A stretch of DNA of 64,000 nucleotides from NCBI GenBank assembly GCA_976551045.1, contig CDPCPM010000077.1, positions 1,364,001 to 1,428,000 on the forward strand. Direction: 5' to 3'. Positions within the stretch are counted from its first letter, which is position 1. Every line of letters starts with the position of its first letter. Under the pieces are notes generated by a model. The model was given only the letters and a program-made list of their open reading frames with translations. It did no database searches and was not told the origin of the DNA. Source of the stretch: Glaucostegus cemiculus (Eukaryota). This document shows, in pieces, positions 51,771-63,547 of this stretch. A program made the translations under genes and the position numbers.

Positions 51771-54719
51771 GGTATCAGGTTCATAGATATATAATCTCAA
51801 AACAAGTCAGTGTAACTATTTAACTGACACAATGTACAGGATAATGTCTCGACCTGAAACGTCAACTGTTTATTTCCTTCCAACAGATGCTGCCTGACCT
51901 GCTGAGTTCCTCCAGCATTTTGTGAGTTGATAATGGCAATGCCTTTACTTTGCATTGTTGGCCTTTATTACCAGTTGTACAGAATTTACAACCAAACCAT
52001 CTTATAAAATAATAGATGGCAGCAAAGGAGACCGCTTAACTCATCATGACCGAGACATTCACCTACTCCTTCTCTCCAGTCAGTTCCATCTGACCTTTAA
52101 AATTTTTCTTTTACAATCACTTATCTGTTTTCCTTTCACTTTGTGTTATTATGTGCATCGTTTCCTCCACTATTACTGAGAGATCATGAGATATTTTAAT
52201 AAATCTTTGTGTAGAACATTCTTCCAATGTCTCCTATTGCTCTTTAATTAACCTAAAAATAATCCATCTTACCTTTGACTCACTGACAAGTGGAAATAAT
52301 GTTGTCTTGTCTATCTTATTAGGACCCTTCATAAAAGAATAAAACCCGGTGAAAGAAAGTAAATGTCACATTACAAAGATAACAACACAACTTCAGCTAA
52401 CTTCACAAAAGGCATATATTAATGAACTATAACATGATACATATTTGACCTGGGTTATAAGTAATTATGTTCTGCTTTAAAATGTTTCCCATTTGTATCA
52501 GTGGAAATAATGTTGCATTGGAAGTATCACTGAAAGATGGAAGATGATGCTAATTGTCCGTTGTCTGCTGCCTCAGTACGCTCACTTTGGTTATTCGAGT
52601 TGCTATTTAATTTTGTGGTTCCAATGTTGTTAATGTCTTTCTGTCTTTGTTTCTCTCATTGTTTTTTTTATGTGACGAGCACCTTGATCTGTGGAGTACA
52701 GTATTTCGCTCCTATGCATACCGAATGTGTATATAGTAGTGACAATAAAACTGATTCTGATTTAATTGAATGAAGTTCTACTTTGTCCTGTGTTTAATGG
52801 TGAAAGAGGAGTCTGAGTGTTAAAGCACTGACTGCTCTGGTGGCTAGTACATAGTATTTTGAGCTAGGTTGTGCTCCACTTGAGCTGTCACCCGAAATCA
52901 CTGCCCACAGTTGCAGCAGGCCCACGTTTGGTTCTGTTGGATGTGGCGCGCTGAACTCACCTGGTCTCAGTGCCCTGGAAACTGATGGCCCGTTCTCAGT
53001 GACAGCTGAGCCTGGAGTGGCAGAGTGTGGAGGCCCTACCCCCAAAATGTTCTGACAGCCTTAGGCAGAATGCAAGCTGGGGGTGGAGATTTGCCTTCTG
53101 TCAAAAGTATTACTTTTTCAAAATAGTTTTTAAATACCTGCCAGTTAGAACTGTTAAAATTGAAGTAAATAAAATATCTATTACCAATTTAAAAAGGTTA
53201 ACAAAGACACAAAATTACTTAGAAAAAAATTATAAATCTTAAAATTTGGGTATAAATTACTTACCTCATAGAGGGGAAGTTGGGACACTGGCCATCAGAC
53301 CTTGAACACATTGAATGAAATGGTCACCACTTCTAAGCTGGGAAAGATTCTCTGCAACTCGTGTGCAAAGTCTGAGTCAAGTTTGTACTGGATTCCTCCA
53401 TGATCCCTGATTCAATCTGCCAAGCGTTTTAATGGGCTTGCTCATCGGCCTTCCCTTCAGCCCTGGTTGGAGTTCTCTGCAGCATTGGCTCCTGAAAATT
53501 TCTGCCTGTGATAGAAACTGGTGGGGAGAGAGGAAGTTGATGGAAATGTGTGGAGAATAAAATAGGTTAGAGTAGGATTAGTGTAAAAATGAGTGCTTGA
53601 TGGTTGGTGTGGATTTGTTGGGCTGAAGTGTGTTTCCCTGCTGTCTCTTTTTATGACTCTATGACATGCTCTTCTCCTTGCGTATTAGAGGATGTAGTTG
53701 CATCCTTTTACCTGGGCACTGGAATAGGCAGGAGTACTCCATGAGTCTCTTAGCACTTAGCATGTTGGAGCTTGTTCGTCTACCATCCTTCCTCTGCTTA
53801 CCTTCTCACCTTGATGGTGCAACACTGTCTCCATGCAGGAGAAAGTGAAGTGTGTCAGCGAGTGTTGTGTAGTACTGATGATATGGCAGGTATTGGTGAA
53901 TAGCTGGCAGCGTGAACAAGCAGCGAGTTCTGGGTGTGAGTCTCGAAGTGGTGCCAGGATTCTAAGAATAAGATGGAACACATGCATTTATGAAAAAGTT
54001 CTGATCAACAGAATTTGCTGTAGGATGGGGTGGTGACTTGACCAAAAGCGGAGGTTAGTTGTGTGATAGGAAGGACATGGCATTTGAAGTTGCAGTTACT
54101 GACCTTAACTCCAGTTTGAAGCCATTATGCTTCTTATCTCACTACACCCAGGTACCCGTTGCAACTATTTGTTCCCACTTCCTCTTCCCAGAGAGTAATG
54201 GCTCTCATCTTCAGAGGATTCCTTTTGTTTCCATGTCTTCCAACAAGACTTCAAGTGTACTATTAGAAAAGCAGTATTCATACTTTCTCCCCTGTTCAAC
54301 TGCTTATCTGCCAGCCCCAGATTAGATTAATTTCACTGAGCATTGCTTCAGTCACACTGTGCTTCACCTTAATAGATGCAGGGTAGGATAAAACACAGAA
54401 TCACAGAACAGTTATAGCATGGAAGGAGACCATTTGACCCACTGAGTGTGTACTGGCTCTGTGTAAAAGAAATCCAGATAGTTCTACTTCCTGTTGCTAT
54501 TTCCACTCTTCCCTCCTCAATCGGCCTTTTGCCCATCCTCACCTGGACTCACCTATCGCTTGCCAGCTCTCAGTCCACTCCTTCCCTTCACCATTTTATC
54601 CTGGCTATCTCCCCTCTCAATCCAGACGAAAGGTCTCGACCCCAAAGGTCAATTGTCCATTTCTTTCCACAGATGCTGCCTGACCCTCTAGCAGTTTGGT
54701 TGTTGGTCCTAGTTCCACT

Positions 54720-55490
54720 CTCTCTCCACTTTCCCCATAGTCCTGCAAATTCTTTCCTTTCAGATTCTTATCCAGCTCACTTTTGAACACTACCATTAGA
54801 GCTGCCTCCACGGCACCCTCAGAAATGCATTCTAGATTATAACCCCTTGTGGTGTAAAATACTCCTTCCTCATGCACTTTCAGTTCTTTTCCCAATATCT
54901 TCATTCCATGTCCCACAACTCATGGTCCTTCCATTTATTGGAAACATTTCTCTCCATTTATTCACTTCATGATTTAAATATTTCTGTCAGATCCTTTCTC
55001 AATCTCCTCTGTTCCAAAGAGAAATTTTCCAAACTATCCACATGACTACAGTCTGTCATTCATGAAATCTTCTTAGTTAATCTCTTCTCCCCTCACCTCC
55101 CCAGAGTTCTTTAAATCCTTTCTGAAGTATGTAGGCCAGAACTGAGCACAGTACCTCAGCTGTTGTTGAACCAAACAGTTCATCAATATTACCTTGCTCC
55201 TGAGCTCCGTGTCCAGGATCCCACGTTTTTTAACCATGTACTTAACTTGCTCCATCACTTTCAATGAACTAGGCGCATCTACCCAATGAGCTCTGTTCTT
55301 GCACTCCTAGAATTATGCCTTCTAGTTCATTTTGCCTCTTCTCATTCTGACTATCAACATGTAATGCTTTACAGTTCTCAGCATTAAATTTCATCATTCC
55401 ACTAGCCACCCACGCCTGCCTACATCTCCTCAATATCTATCACCATCTTGCTTACAAGTTCACTCTGCTGCCAAGTTTTGTGTCATCAAA
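54720..55490 (-). mobile_element. Old CR1 fragment
   Basis: Minus-strand L.YCAQFW.TYFRKD and FK.ELDK.LKGKNLQ.YGE. Confidence 0.7.
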
Positions 55491-58400
55491 GTAGTGCAGG
55501 CTAACTTTAACTAGTGTTAATAATGACTAATTTTGGACTCCCCTGTTGATGCATGCAACCAATTAAGGGTGTAATTAACCATGGCTCCATGCTAAAATTA
55601 TGTAAATGAATAGGCAGCCAAAAGAAGCATACATTACATTGAACAGGTGTGGATTATTATGGTATTGCAAAACCTAAGCCGAGTTTCAAAGGGTTATCTA
55701 ATTAAGGCTCCATAAGTTTTGAGTGGAGTAGAAGTATTATTATTTCTCATTGAGTCGATGACAATTTTGCCTCTGGATTGAATGGCTGTGACTGTGAGCC
55801 CTGTATCAGGATACAAGCTCATCACATTGCCATCCTGCACATGAAATGTCAAAGAGGGGTCTTGTCTGTCTGTCAGTTTAGGTGGATGTTAAACATTCAA
55901 TGGCACTGTTTACAGATCAAGGGCTTAGTCCAGGGGCCAAGCCAACAGCATGCCTGCCCCCAACATGCTAGCTAATTATTTATTCCCGTTAACGTTTGTA
56001 GGAATTTGTTGGAGTTGAAAGGTTCTACAATGGTTACTGTGCAACAATTCACTGGCTGCAGTTTTTGATTTAATAAATGTGACAGAAATGCAAATATTGT
56101 TATCTTTTTCTAACAGATCCTCCCCTAGGGGGTCCACTGTATTCTCAAACCAGGTGCTGCTTCACAGAAAATGTGGAGTCCTGTTTATCGAGGGCTGTGG
56201 GCATTCCAAGATGTGCTTTAGAATGGGAATTTTTTCAGCAGTCAATCCAAAGCTGGAGATGCCAACTTTTTAAGAAGTTATATGCTAATATGTGAGAAAA
56301 CAGCAGGGCAGACCAGCCTAATCCTGAACTGGGGCTCTTTGGATTGCCTGATTGTAGCAAGTAGCTGTGAGAATGTTCTATCAGGAGCCTACATTGATGA
56401 TCTGGAGATAAACTTAGATCTCACCTTGGGCAATTGGGGAATATAAATTCATTTCAATAGATAAATTTGGATTAATATCAATAATGGCTGTAAAAACCCA
56501 AGGGCTTCACTATTGTTTGACTTACATGTGAGTCTAAAACCACAAATGTCAATCTAGCTGTCCTTTGACTGCTTCTAAGCTGTAGAGCTCAGGGTACTTA
56601 GCACCAAGGGAGTATCTTCAGCTGAAGGACTGCAGTGGTTCAAGGCACCAATTCACCACCACCCTCTAAGTAACAATTAGGAATGGTCAATAAAAGCTGG
56701 CCTTGCCGGTGATGTCTGGGTCCACAGAAGTTAAAAGAAACCACAGAAACATTTTTCTCTGAAGCCTGCCTGATTAGCTGTACATTTGATGGCAGAGAGG
56801 TGACATAATGTGTGAACGCTCATTCAGTGCAGCCTAATTGTTTTGCATACACTGCACCCCAGTATTCCATACGGAAAAGGAAATAGGAAGTAATACAATG
56901 GAGGAAGAGAACAGTGAGGTGTTGCCTGTAGCTTATGTGAGGGAAATGTTATATCAACGAGTTCGGTGACCAAAAAGAAAATGAGAAATAACACAAAGTC
57001 TTGTAAACAGATTAAGGTCAAACACCATTGAGAGGAAAAGGACGGGAGAAGGTTGGGATAATGCTGGTCAAAGAATGAAACAGAAGCTGTCCTTCTGATG
57101 GTTGTCATGGATATGGTGGGCTGAAGGGCCTGTTTCTATGTTGTAAGCTAACAAACCTGTGGTCCATTCCCAGCATTTTCTTTCTTTATCACCTTGGGAA
57201 CCTGAATGTCCAAGCCTACAAGGCAGGAATCCACCAAGAATGAGAAGAGCTGGAGAGAACATAGAACAGTACAGCACAGAACAGGCCCTTCGGCCCACAA
57301 TGTTGTGCTGACATGGCCAATCCCTCCTACCTACAGAATGCCCATATCCCTCCATTTTCCTCTCATTCATGGAAGTCAGTCAACTGATTTCTGTCACTCC
57401 ACCATCAGCTGCCAGGTATCTGAGCTCTTGAAATTCGTCTTCAAAACTCTCCATCACTGTTTCTTTTAATTCATTAATTAAAACCTACTTCTTTGATTAA
57501 GCTTTTGGTCATCTATCCTAATACCACCTTATATGATTTGGCATCAATTTACATTTGACAATGTTCCAGTGTATCCCCTTGGGAGGTTTAGCTATGTTAA
57601 AGACATTGTTTTGCAAGTGGAAGCATGTTTATTAATTTGAATCTGGTGGAACTGACATGAGCTACCACTGGGAATCCAATGATCTTCTGAGTATTGACAA
57701 GCTGTATATGGATGTTACAGCATTGATGACCTTATTATCCAACACTTTCAACCTGATTTATAATGAACTCTGAACACATGTACCAAAATTACCATGCAAG
57801 CTTTTGAGCCAGAAAGTTTAGCAATTGAGAGGTTGACTGTTTCTTGTGAGTTGGTTTTGTCTTGCTCTTTCTTCTGGAAAGGAATTGGCTTTCTCTCCAA
57901 TATTTCCAATGGTATCTGTAGCAGCTTTTACTGTACTCCAGGCTGCAGACTGTAGCCCTCCTCCAGTTTCAGTAACATTACACCCCTGTGTAGAATTACA
58001 CTAACTCATTCGCAAAGGTCAACAAGATGGACTTTTCTGAAGTCCAGAATGATGGGCAGTGATGATCCACAAACACTGCACCATTCTACTGTTTCGGATA
58101 GTTTGGACTAAATCCCCTGATTTAAAAAAAGAACCTGCTCTTTGCTTAATCAGCTGCTTTACAGTCCCATTCAGTTTTGTGGTACATTAAACTGCTTTCT
58201 TATTTGGTTATTGTTCTGTGCTCAATATCCACTAAACTGCCTGATTCAGGAGTTACAAAATTTCACTGACAGAAATTTTTGCACCTGATTGATTCGAACT
58301 CCTGATGTGTGGTGCTGTTAACACAATATGGATCAGACACTAAACCTTTTAAATAAATGTTAACAAGCCAAGAACTGTTTTAAATTGGAAAAATAAAAGC

Positions 58401-58744
58401 AAATTTCTCCAATTATAACATGACTGTTAGGTTGTGGAAACTTGTACAAGTAGCTGCTTCTTCCTCTCTTGCTTTTATATTCGTTTGCTAATTACCTCTT
58501 CTCCAGTTGGGAATCAGGCAGGTGACCTTAAGCCAATCACCTATGTAAATTTATTTTGATTTAAAAAAGGCCTTGTTGCTATGGTTACTTTGGAGGCAGT
58601 AATAAGGCTTCAGGTAGTGGAACCTCAGGCAGATACTGAGTTCCAAATAGTCCTGGGTGGCCTTCTAACAGTTCTTGAAAAACTCCTTTCAAGGAGTTTT
58701 GAGCATTTTTTTTCAATTGTCTCTGATGAAACAGTTAAGGGTGT

Positions 58745-59412
58745 TGGGGGTGTAGCACTGGAACAGAGTTGCAGCTGTTTTTCCACTGCTCCAGCGGTCC
58801 AAGTTTGATTCTGCCTTCCTGGTGATGTCTGTGTGGAGGTTGTGTGTTCCCCCTGTGACTGTGTGGGTTTCCTCCCTGTGCTCCATTTTCCTCCCACACC
58901 CCAAAGACATGCAGATTAGAAGGTTAATTACATAGAACATAGACATAGAACAGTACAGAACAGAACAGGCCCTTCGGCCCACAATGTTGTGCTGACATAA
59001 CTAATCCCTCCTGTCTACAGAATGCCCATGTTCCTCTCATTCATGTGCCCATCCAAGCCCCTCTTAAAAGCCCCCAATGAATTTGCCTCCACCACATTAT
59101 CAAGCAATGCATTCAGGCACCCACCACTCTCTGTAAAAATAAAACATATACCCCCTTCTTTCTGAACCTGCCCCCCCTCACCTTAAATGCATGCTTTCTA
59201 GTATTGGATCGCTCAATAATGGGAAAAAGATATTGCTTGTCCACCCTATCTATGCCACTGAAGATTGCCCCCAGTGTGTAGGTGAGTGGTAGAATCTAGA
59301 GGCAGCTGATGGGAAAGTGGAGAGAATAAAATAGGATTAGTATAAATGAGTGCTTGATGGTTGGCATATGGACTCAATGGGCAAAAGGGTCAGTTTCCAT
59401 TCTGTATGACTT
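58745..59412 (+). mobile_element. V-SINE split by an antisense CR1 3' end (about 58930-59260)
   Basis: SINE reads ...ccaaagacatgcag..gttaatt | CR1 (acatagaac...) | ..attgcccccagtgtgtagg... and resumes. Confidence 0.75.
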
Positions 59413-59582
59413 CAGAGTTTGTAAAATAAAGATAAAGAACAAATCAGGGTTGGTGAACACATTCAAATGAGATGCACTAGTCATCCCTGGTGCAAATGTG
59501 AAGGGCTGGATGCAAGCTGATTGACTTCTGTTAACACCAGCTGAGGCTGAGGCATTCCCTAATGGACTGAACTGAGGGGGCC

Positions 59583-59748
59583 TAGTGTCGGAAGGCGGGA
59601 CTTCCGGCGGGAGTATGACGTCACTTCCGCCGGCCATGTTTTTTGCAGTTCGGGATATGCGCGGCTTTTGGTGAGTTATTAAAAACGTGCTCGATCGAGT
59701 CTCCGTGTCCTCGTGTTTTTTCTAAGTCGCACCCTGCTGGCTGCTACA
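59583..59748 (+). repeat. 5' LTR, lacking its first 70 bp
   Basis: Aligns ungapped to 63613-63778 with 8 mismatches in 166 bp. Ends GCTACA. Confidence 0.92.
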
Positions 59749-59750
59749 TT

Positions 59751-59767
59751 TGGTGACCCCGATGATT
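59751..59767 (+). promoter_or_regulatory. Primer-binding site, tRNA-Trp
   Basis: TGGTGACCCCGA-TGATT, 2 nt after the LTR, versus the tRNA-Trp 3' complement TGGTGACCCCGACGTGATT (12 nt exact, then a 2-nt gap). Confidence 0.85.
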
Positions 59768-59786
59768 CCAGACGGCATTTGGAATC

Positions 59787-60479
59787 ATGGATACTGGCTC
59801 CCACAACGCCGTGGCACTCAAGCTCCCGGTTTTCTGGACCTCGCAGCCTCAAGTCTGGTTTGAACAGGCGGAGGCCCAGTTCAGCGTCAGGGGCATCGAA
59901 GCTGACGCCATGAAGTATTACTACGTGGTCAGCGCCCTCGACCAGGACACGGCCGGTCACATCATCGATTTCCTACACCAGCCACCAACGGAGGACAGGT
60001 ACGCCCAAATCAAGGCTCTCCTCATCTGCACATTCGACCTTTCCCTCAGCGACCGAGCCACGAGCCTCCTCCATATGGACGGCCTAGGCGACTGCAAGCC
60101 CTCCGAGTTGATGGACGAGATGCTGGCACTCATGGACGACCATCAGCCATGTTTCCTGTTCCGGCAGCTATTCCTCGAGCAACTCCCGGATGATATGCGC
60201 CCCCTCCTTGCTGATGGAGATTTCAGAGACCCGCGTGCCCTCGCGGCCACAGCGGATGTCATTTGGTGCAGTCGGCGGCGAGGAGTGGCCTCCACCTGCG
60301 TAGCGGCGGCCTCGCAGCCTCCGGCTAAGGTTCCGAAACCCAAACCGTCAGGGCCCGCAGAGGACAAAGACAAAGGCCCAGGGCAGTGGTGGTTCTACCA
60401 CAAGAGGTGGGGGACGAATGCGCGCCGCTGCCAGCCGCCGTGTTCTTTCCCGGGAAACGTCGAGGCCAGCCGTCGTTAG
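59787..60479 (+). CDS. gag: Gag (230 aa)
   Basis: AVALKLPVFW..QPQVWFEQAEAQF N-terminus, KPSELMDEM, FLEQLP, and a C-terminal xFYH..WG..ARRCQPPC knuckle. Confidence 0.9.
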   Translation: MDTGSHNAVALKLPVFWTSQPQVWFEQAEAQFSVRGIEADAMKYYYVVSALDQDTAGHIIDFLHQPPTEDRYAQIKALLICTFDLSLSDRATSLLHMDGLGDCKPSELMDEMLALMDDHQPCFLFRQLFLEQLPDDMRPLLADGDFRDPRALAATADVIWCSRRRGVASTCVAAASQPPAKVPKPKPSGPAEDKDKGPGQWWFYHKRWGTNARRCQPPCSFPGNVEASRR

Positions 60480-63400
60480 TGGCTTCGACAGCTGGCCAGC
60501 GAGACAGCCTACTCTTCCTTTGGGACCGGCTCACTGGGTGGCGTTTCCTGGTGGATATGGGGGCCGAAATCAGCGTTCTTCCCCCCTCCAACATGGATAC
60601 CTGCAACGCGGCCAAAGGCCCTGAACTCACCGCTGCGAGTGGCTCTACCATCCGCACCTACGGCCTGCGCACCATCCCGTTACGTTTTGGGACCAGTTCG
60701 TTTACCTGGACTTTCACTGTAGCAGCGGTATCGCAGCCACTACTAGGGGCGGATTTCCTGCATGCCAACCGCTTGCTGGTCGATCTGAAAGGCCGGCGTC
60801 TGGTCCATGCTGAGACTTTCCAAAGCTACCAGCTCGGGAAGGCCCGGTCACCTGCCCCCCACCTTGACTCTGTTGCACTCTCCAACAACGAGTTTGCTAA
60901 GGTGTTGGCAGAGTTTCCTTCCATTATCACCCCGCAATTCTCCGCTGCAGTCCCTAAGCACGGCGTGCAGCACTACATCACCACACAGGGACCTCCGCTA
61001 CACACCCGTGCCTGCAGGCTCCCGCCCGACAAGCTCCGCCTCGCCAAGGAGGAGTTTCGCAGGATGGAGGAGTTGGGCATCATCCGCCGTTCCGACAGCC
61101 CATGGGCATCCCCGCTCCACATGGTGCCCAAAGCAGCGGGGGGCTGGAGACCCTGCGGAGACTACAGTAGGCTCAATGATGCCAGGACTGCCGACAGGTA
61201 CCCCGTGCCCCACATCCAGGACTTCACAGCGAACCTCCATGGGGCGACCATTTTTTCTAGGATTGACCTGGTCCGGGGATACCATCAGATCCCTGTTCAC
61301 CCCGACAACGTGCCCAAAACAGCCCTCATCACCCCCTGTGGGCTGTTTGAGTTCTTCCGAATGCCTTTCGGCCTAAAGAACGCCACCCAGACTTTTCAAC
61401 GGCTAATGGACTCGGTGAGCAGAGGCCTCAATTTCACTTTTGTGTACCTGGATGACATCCTGGTAACCAGCAAGTCGCGCAAGGAGCACTCACCCCATCT
61501 CCGTCAGCTCTGCCAGCGCCTGAGCGACCAGGGGTTGGTGATCAACCTGGCGAAGTGCCAGTTCGGGCTGCGGGAGATTGACTTCTTGGGCCACAGGGTG
61601 AACCAGCATGGCGCCGCCCCGCTACCCGACAAGGTGCAGGCCATCCTCCAATTTCCCAAGCCCTACACGGTCAAGGGCCTGCAAGAATTCGTGGGAATGG
61701 TGAACTTCTACCACCGTTTTGTGCCCGCAGCAGCACGCATCATGCGGCCCTTGTTCGGACTCATGGCCGGCAAGGCCAAGGATGTTGTTTGGGACGCGGA
61801 GGCCTCGGCAGCTTTCGGTCAGGCTAAGGAGGCACTGGCCAAGGCAACACTTCTGGTGCACCCAAGAGTCGACGTCCCCACAGCGCTCACTGTCGACGCT
61901 TCCGACATGGCAGTCAGTGGGGTCTTGGAACAACTCGTTGAGGGCCTGTGGAGACCGCTCACTTTTTTCAGCCGACATTTGCGGCCGCCAGAGGTCAGGT
62001 ACAGCGTTTTTGACAGGGAGCTGCTGGCCCTTTACCTGGCTGTCCGCCATTTCCGTTATTTCCTTGAGGGGAGGTACTTTACCATCTACACGGACCACAA
62101 GCCCCTCACGTTTGCCCTGGCAAAGACATCAGACACGTGGTCGGCTCGGCAGCAACGGTACCTCTCCTTCATTTCGGAGTTTACCACTGACATCCGCCAT
62201 ATCGCTGGGAAGAGCAATGTGGTCGCTGACACGCTGTCCCGCCCCCACATCCATTCAGCGACCACCCCAGCCACAGGCGTCGACTACACGGCGCTGGCAC
62301 AAGCGCAGCAGGCAGACGACGAGATCCCAGCATACCGCACCGCGCTCTCGGGACTCCAGCTGGAAGATGTTCCTGTTGGCCCTACGGCAATCCAGCTCCT
62401 GTGTGACATGTCTACTGGCAGACCCCGGCCGGTGGTGCCAGCAGCGTGGAGACGACAGGTTTTCGACGCCCTGCATAGCCTGGCCCACCCGTCCATCAGG
62501 GCGACTATCAGGATGATGGCAGAAAAATTCGTATGGCATGGTCTACGCAAGCAGGTGGGGCACTGGGCCAGAACCTGCGTGCACTGTCAGACAGCCAAGG
62601 TCCAGCGGCACGTGAAGGCTCCCCTCCAGCATTTTCAGCCAACGCTTGGCAGGTTCCAGCACAGTCACGTGGACATCGTCGCACCACTGCCAGTTTCCCG
62701 GGGCGCCAGGTACATTTTCACTGTGGTGGACTGGTTCACCAGGTGTCCAGAGGCAGTGCCGCTGACAGACATGTCCACCGCGTCCTGTGCCAGAACCCTC
62801 ATTGCCCACTGGATTGCCCGGTTTGGCCTCCTGGCGGACATTACCTCCGACCGAGGGGCGCTGTTCACGTCCGGCTTGTGGATGGCACTGGCGCAGCTCC
62901 TGGGTTCCCACCTGCATCACACCACAGCATACCACCCGCAGGCCAATGGTTTGGTGGAGCGTTTCCACCGGCACCTCAAGTCCGCCCTGATGGCTCGCAT
63001 GCAGGGACCTAACTGGACATACGAGCTCCCCTGGGTCCTGCTGGGCATCCGTACGGCCCCCAAGGAAGATTTGGGCACCTCCTCAGCCGAGCTGGTCTAC
63101 GGTTCCCCCCTCACGGTACTGGGCGAGTTCGTATCAGGGGCTCAGGACCCAGCAGGGACCCCGGCGGAAGTGTTAGCGAAGCTGCGGGCCAAGGTGGGGA
63201 CCTTGGCACCAGTCCTGGCCTCCAGGCACAGCACAGTGCCTTCTTTTGTTCCGAAGGACCTCCAGGGCTGTGAGTACGCTTTCATCCGCCGGGGAGCACA
63301 TGGGTCGCCCCTGCAGAAGCCGTACGAGGGGCCTTTCCGGGTGGTCCGGCGCAGTGGTTCAACATATGTCGTTGAGGTTGGGGGTCGTGAGCAGACTTTC

Positions 63401-63547
63401 ACAGTGGACCGCCTGAAGCCGGCACATCTGGACATTGCACACCCGGTCAGGGTGCCTTCGCCACGCTGGCGGGGCAGGCCTCCCAAGCTAGGCGATTGGG
63501 TTGATGGCCCTGCGCCTCCACTGGGCGTTTCTGGGGGGGTGGTGTAG
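60386..63547 (+). CDS. pol: Pol: protease-RT-RNase H-integrase (likely entered by frameshift at about 60458)
   Basis: FLVDMGA (PR), SPWASPL, MPFGLKNA, YLDD (RT), TVDASD/DRELLA/TDHKPL (RH), HSLAH..CVHC, HVD/TSD/VERF (IN), PYEGPF. No stops over 1053 codons. Confidence 0.95.
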   Translation: MVVLPQEVGDECAPLPAAVFFPGKRRGQPSLVASTAGQRDSLLFLWDRLTGWRFLVDMGAEISVLPPSNMDTCNAAKGPELTAASGSTIRTYGLRTIPLRFGTSSFTWTFTVAAVSQPLLGADFLHANRLLVDLKGRRLVHAETFQSYQLGKARSPAPHLDSVALSNNEFAKVLAEFPSIITPQFSAAVPKHGVQHYITTQGPPLHTRACRLPPDKLRLAKEEFRRMEELGIIRRSDSPWASPLHMVPKAAGGWRPCGDYSRLNDARTADRYPVPHIQDFTANLHGATIFSRIDLVRGYHQIPVHPDNVPKTALITPCGLFEFFRMPFGLKNATQTFQRLMDSVSRGLNFTFVYLDDILVTSKSRKEHSPHLRQLCQRLSDQGLVINLAKCQFGLREIDFLGHRVNQHGAAPLPDKVQAILQFPKPYTVKGLQEFVGMVNFYHRFVPAAARIMRPLFGLMAGKAKDVVWDAEASAAFGQAKEALAKATLLVHPRVDVPTALTVDASDMAVSGVLEQLVEGLWRPLTFFSRHLRPPEVRYSVFDRELLALYLAVRHFRYFLEGRYFTIYTDHKPLTFALAKTSDTWSARQQRYLSFISEFTTDIRHIAGKSNVVADTLSRPHIHSATTPATGVDYTALAQAQQADDEIPAYRTALSGLQLEDVPVGPTAIQLLCDMSTGRPRPVVPAAWRRQVFDALHSLAHPSIRATIRMMAEKFVWHGLRKQVGHWARTCVHCQTAKVQRHVKAPLQHFQPTLGRFQHSHVDIVAPLPVSRGARYIFTVVDWFTRCPEAVPLTDMSTASCARTLIAHWIARFGLLADITSDRGALFTSGLWMALAQLLGSHLHHTTAYHPQANGLVERFHRHLKSALMARMQGPNWTYELPWVLLGIRTAPKEDLGTSSAELVYGSPLTVLGEFVSGAQDPAGTPAEVLAKLRAKVGTLAPVLASRHSTVPSFVPKDLQGCEYAFIRRGAHGSPLQKPYEGPFRVVRRSGSTYVVEVGGREQTFTVDRLKPAHLDIAHPVRVPSPRWRGRPPKLGDWVDGPAPPLGVSGGVV
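60452..60513 (+). promoter_or_regulatory. -1 programmed ribosomal frameshift signal
   Basis: G_GGA_AAC (60452-60458) in gag phase, with pol in the -1 frame. 5-nt spacer, then a 12-bp stem 60464-60475/60486-60497 with one mismatch. Confidence 0.8.
63533..63542 (+). promoter_or_regulatory. Polypurine tract
   Basis: GGGGGGGTGG directly before the TG of the 3' LTR. Confidence 0.8.

Noticed and set aside
57257-59045. Similar segments at 57257-57370 and 58930-59045 as a local duplication
   Set aside because: Both are 3' ends of the same CR1 subfamily with unrelated flanks.
7500-59500. Many 60-200 aa ORFs as novel proteins
   Set aside because: No recognisable domains outside TE remnants; many use non-ATG starts or lie in SINE, pLTR or low-complexity sequence.
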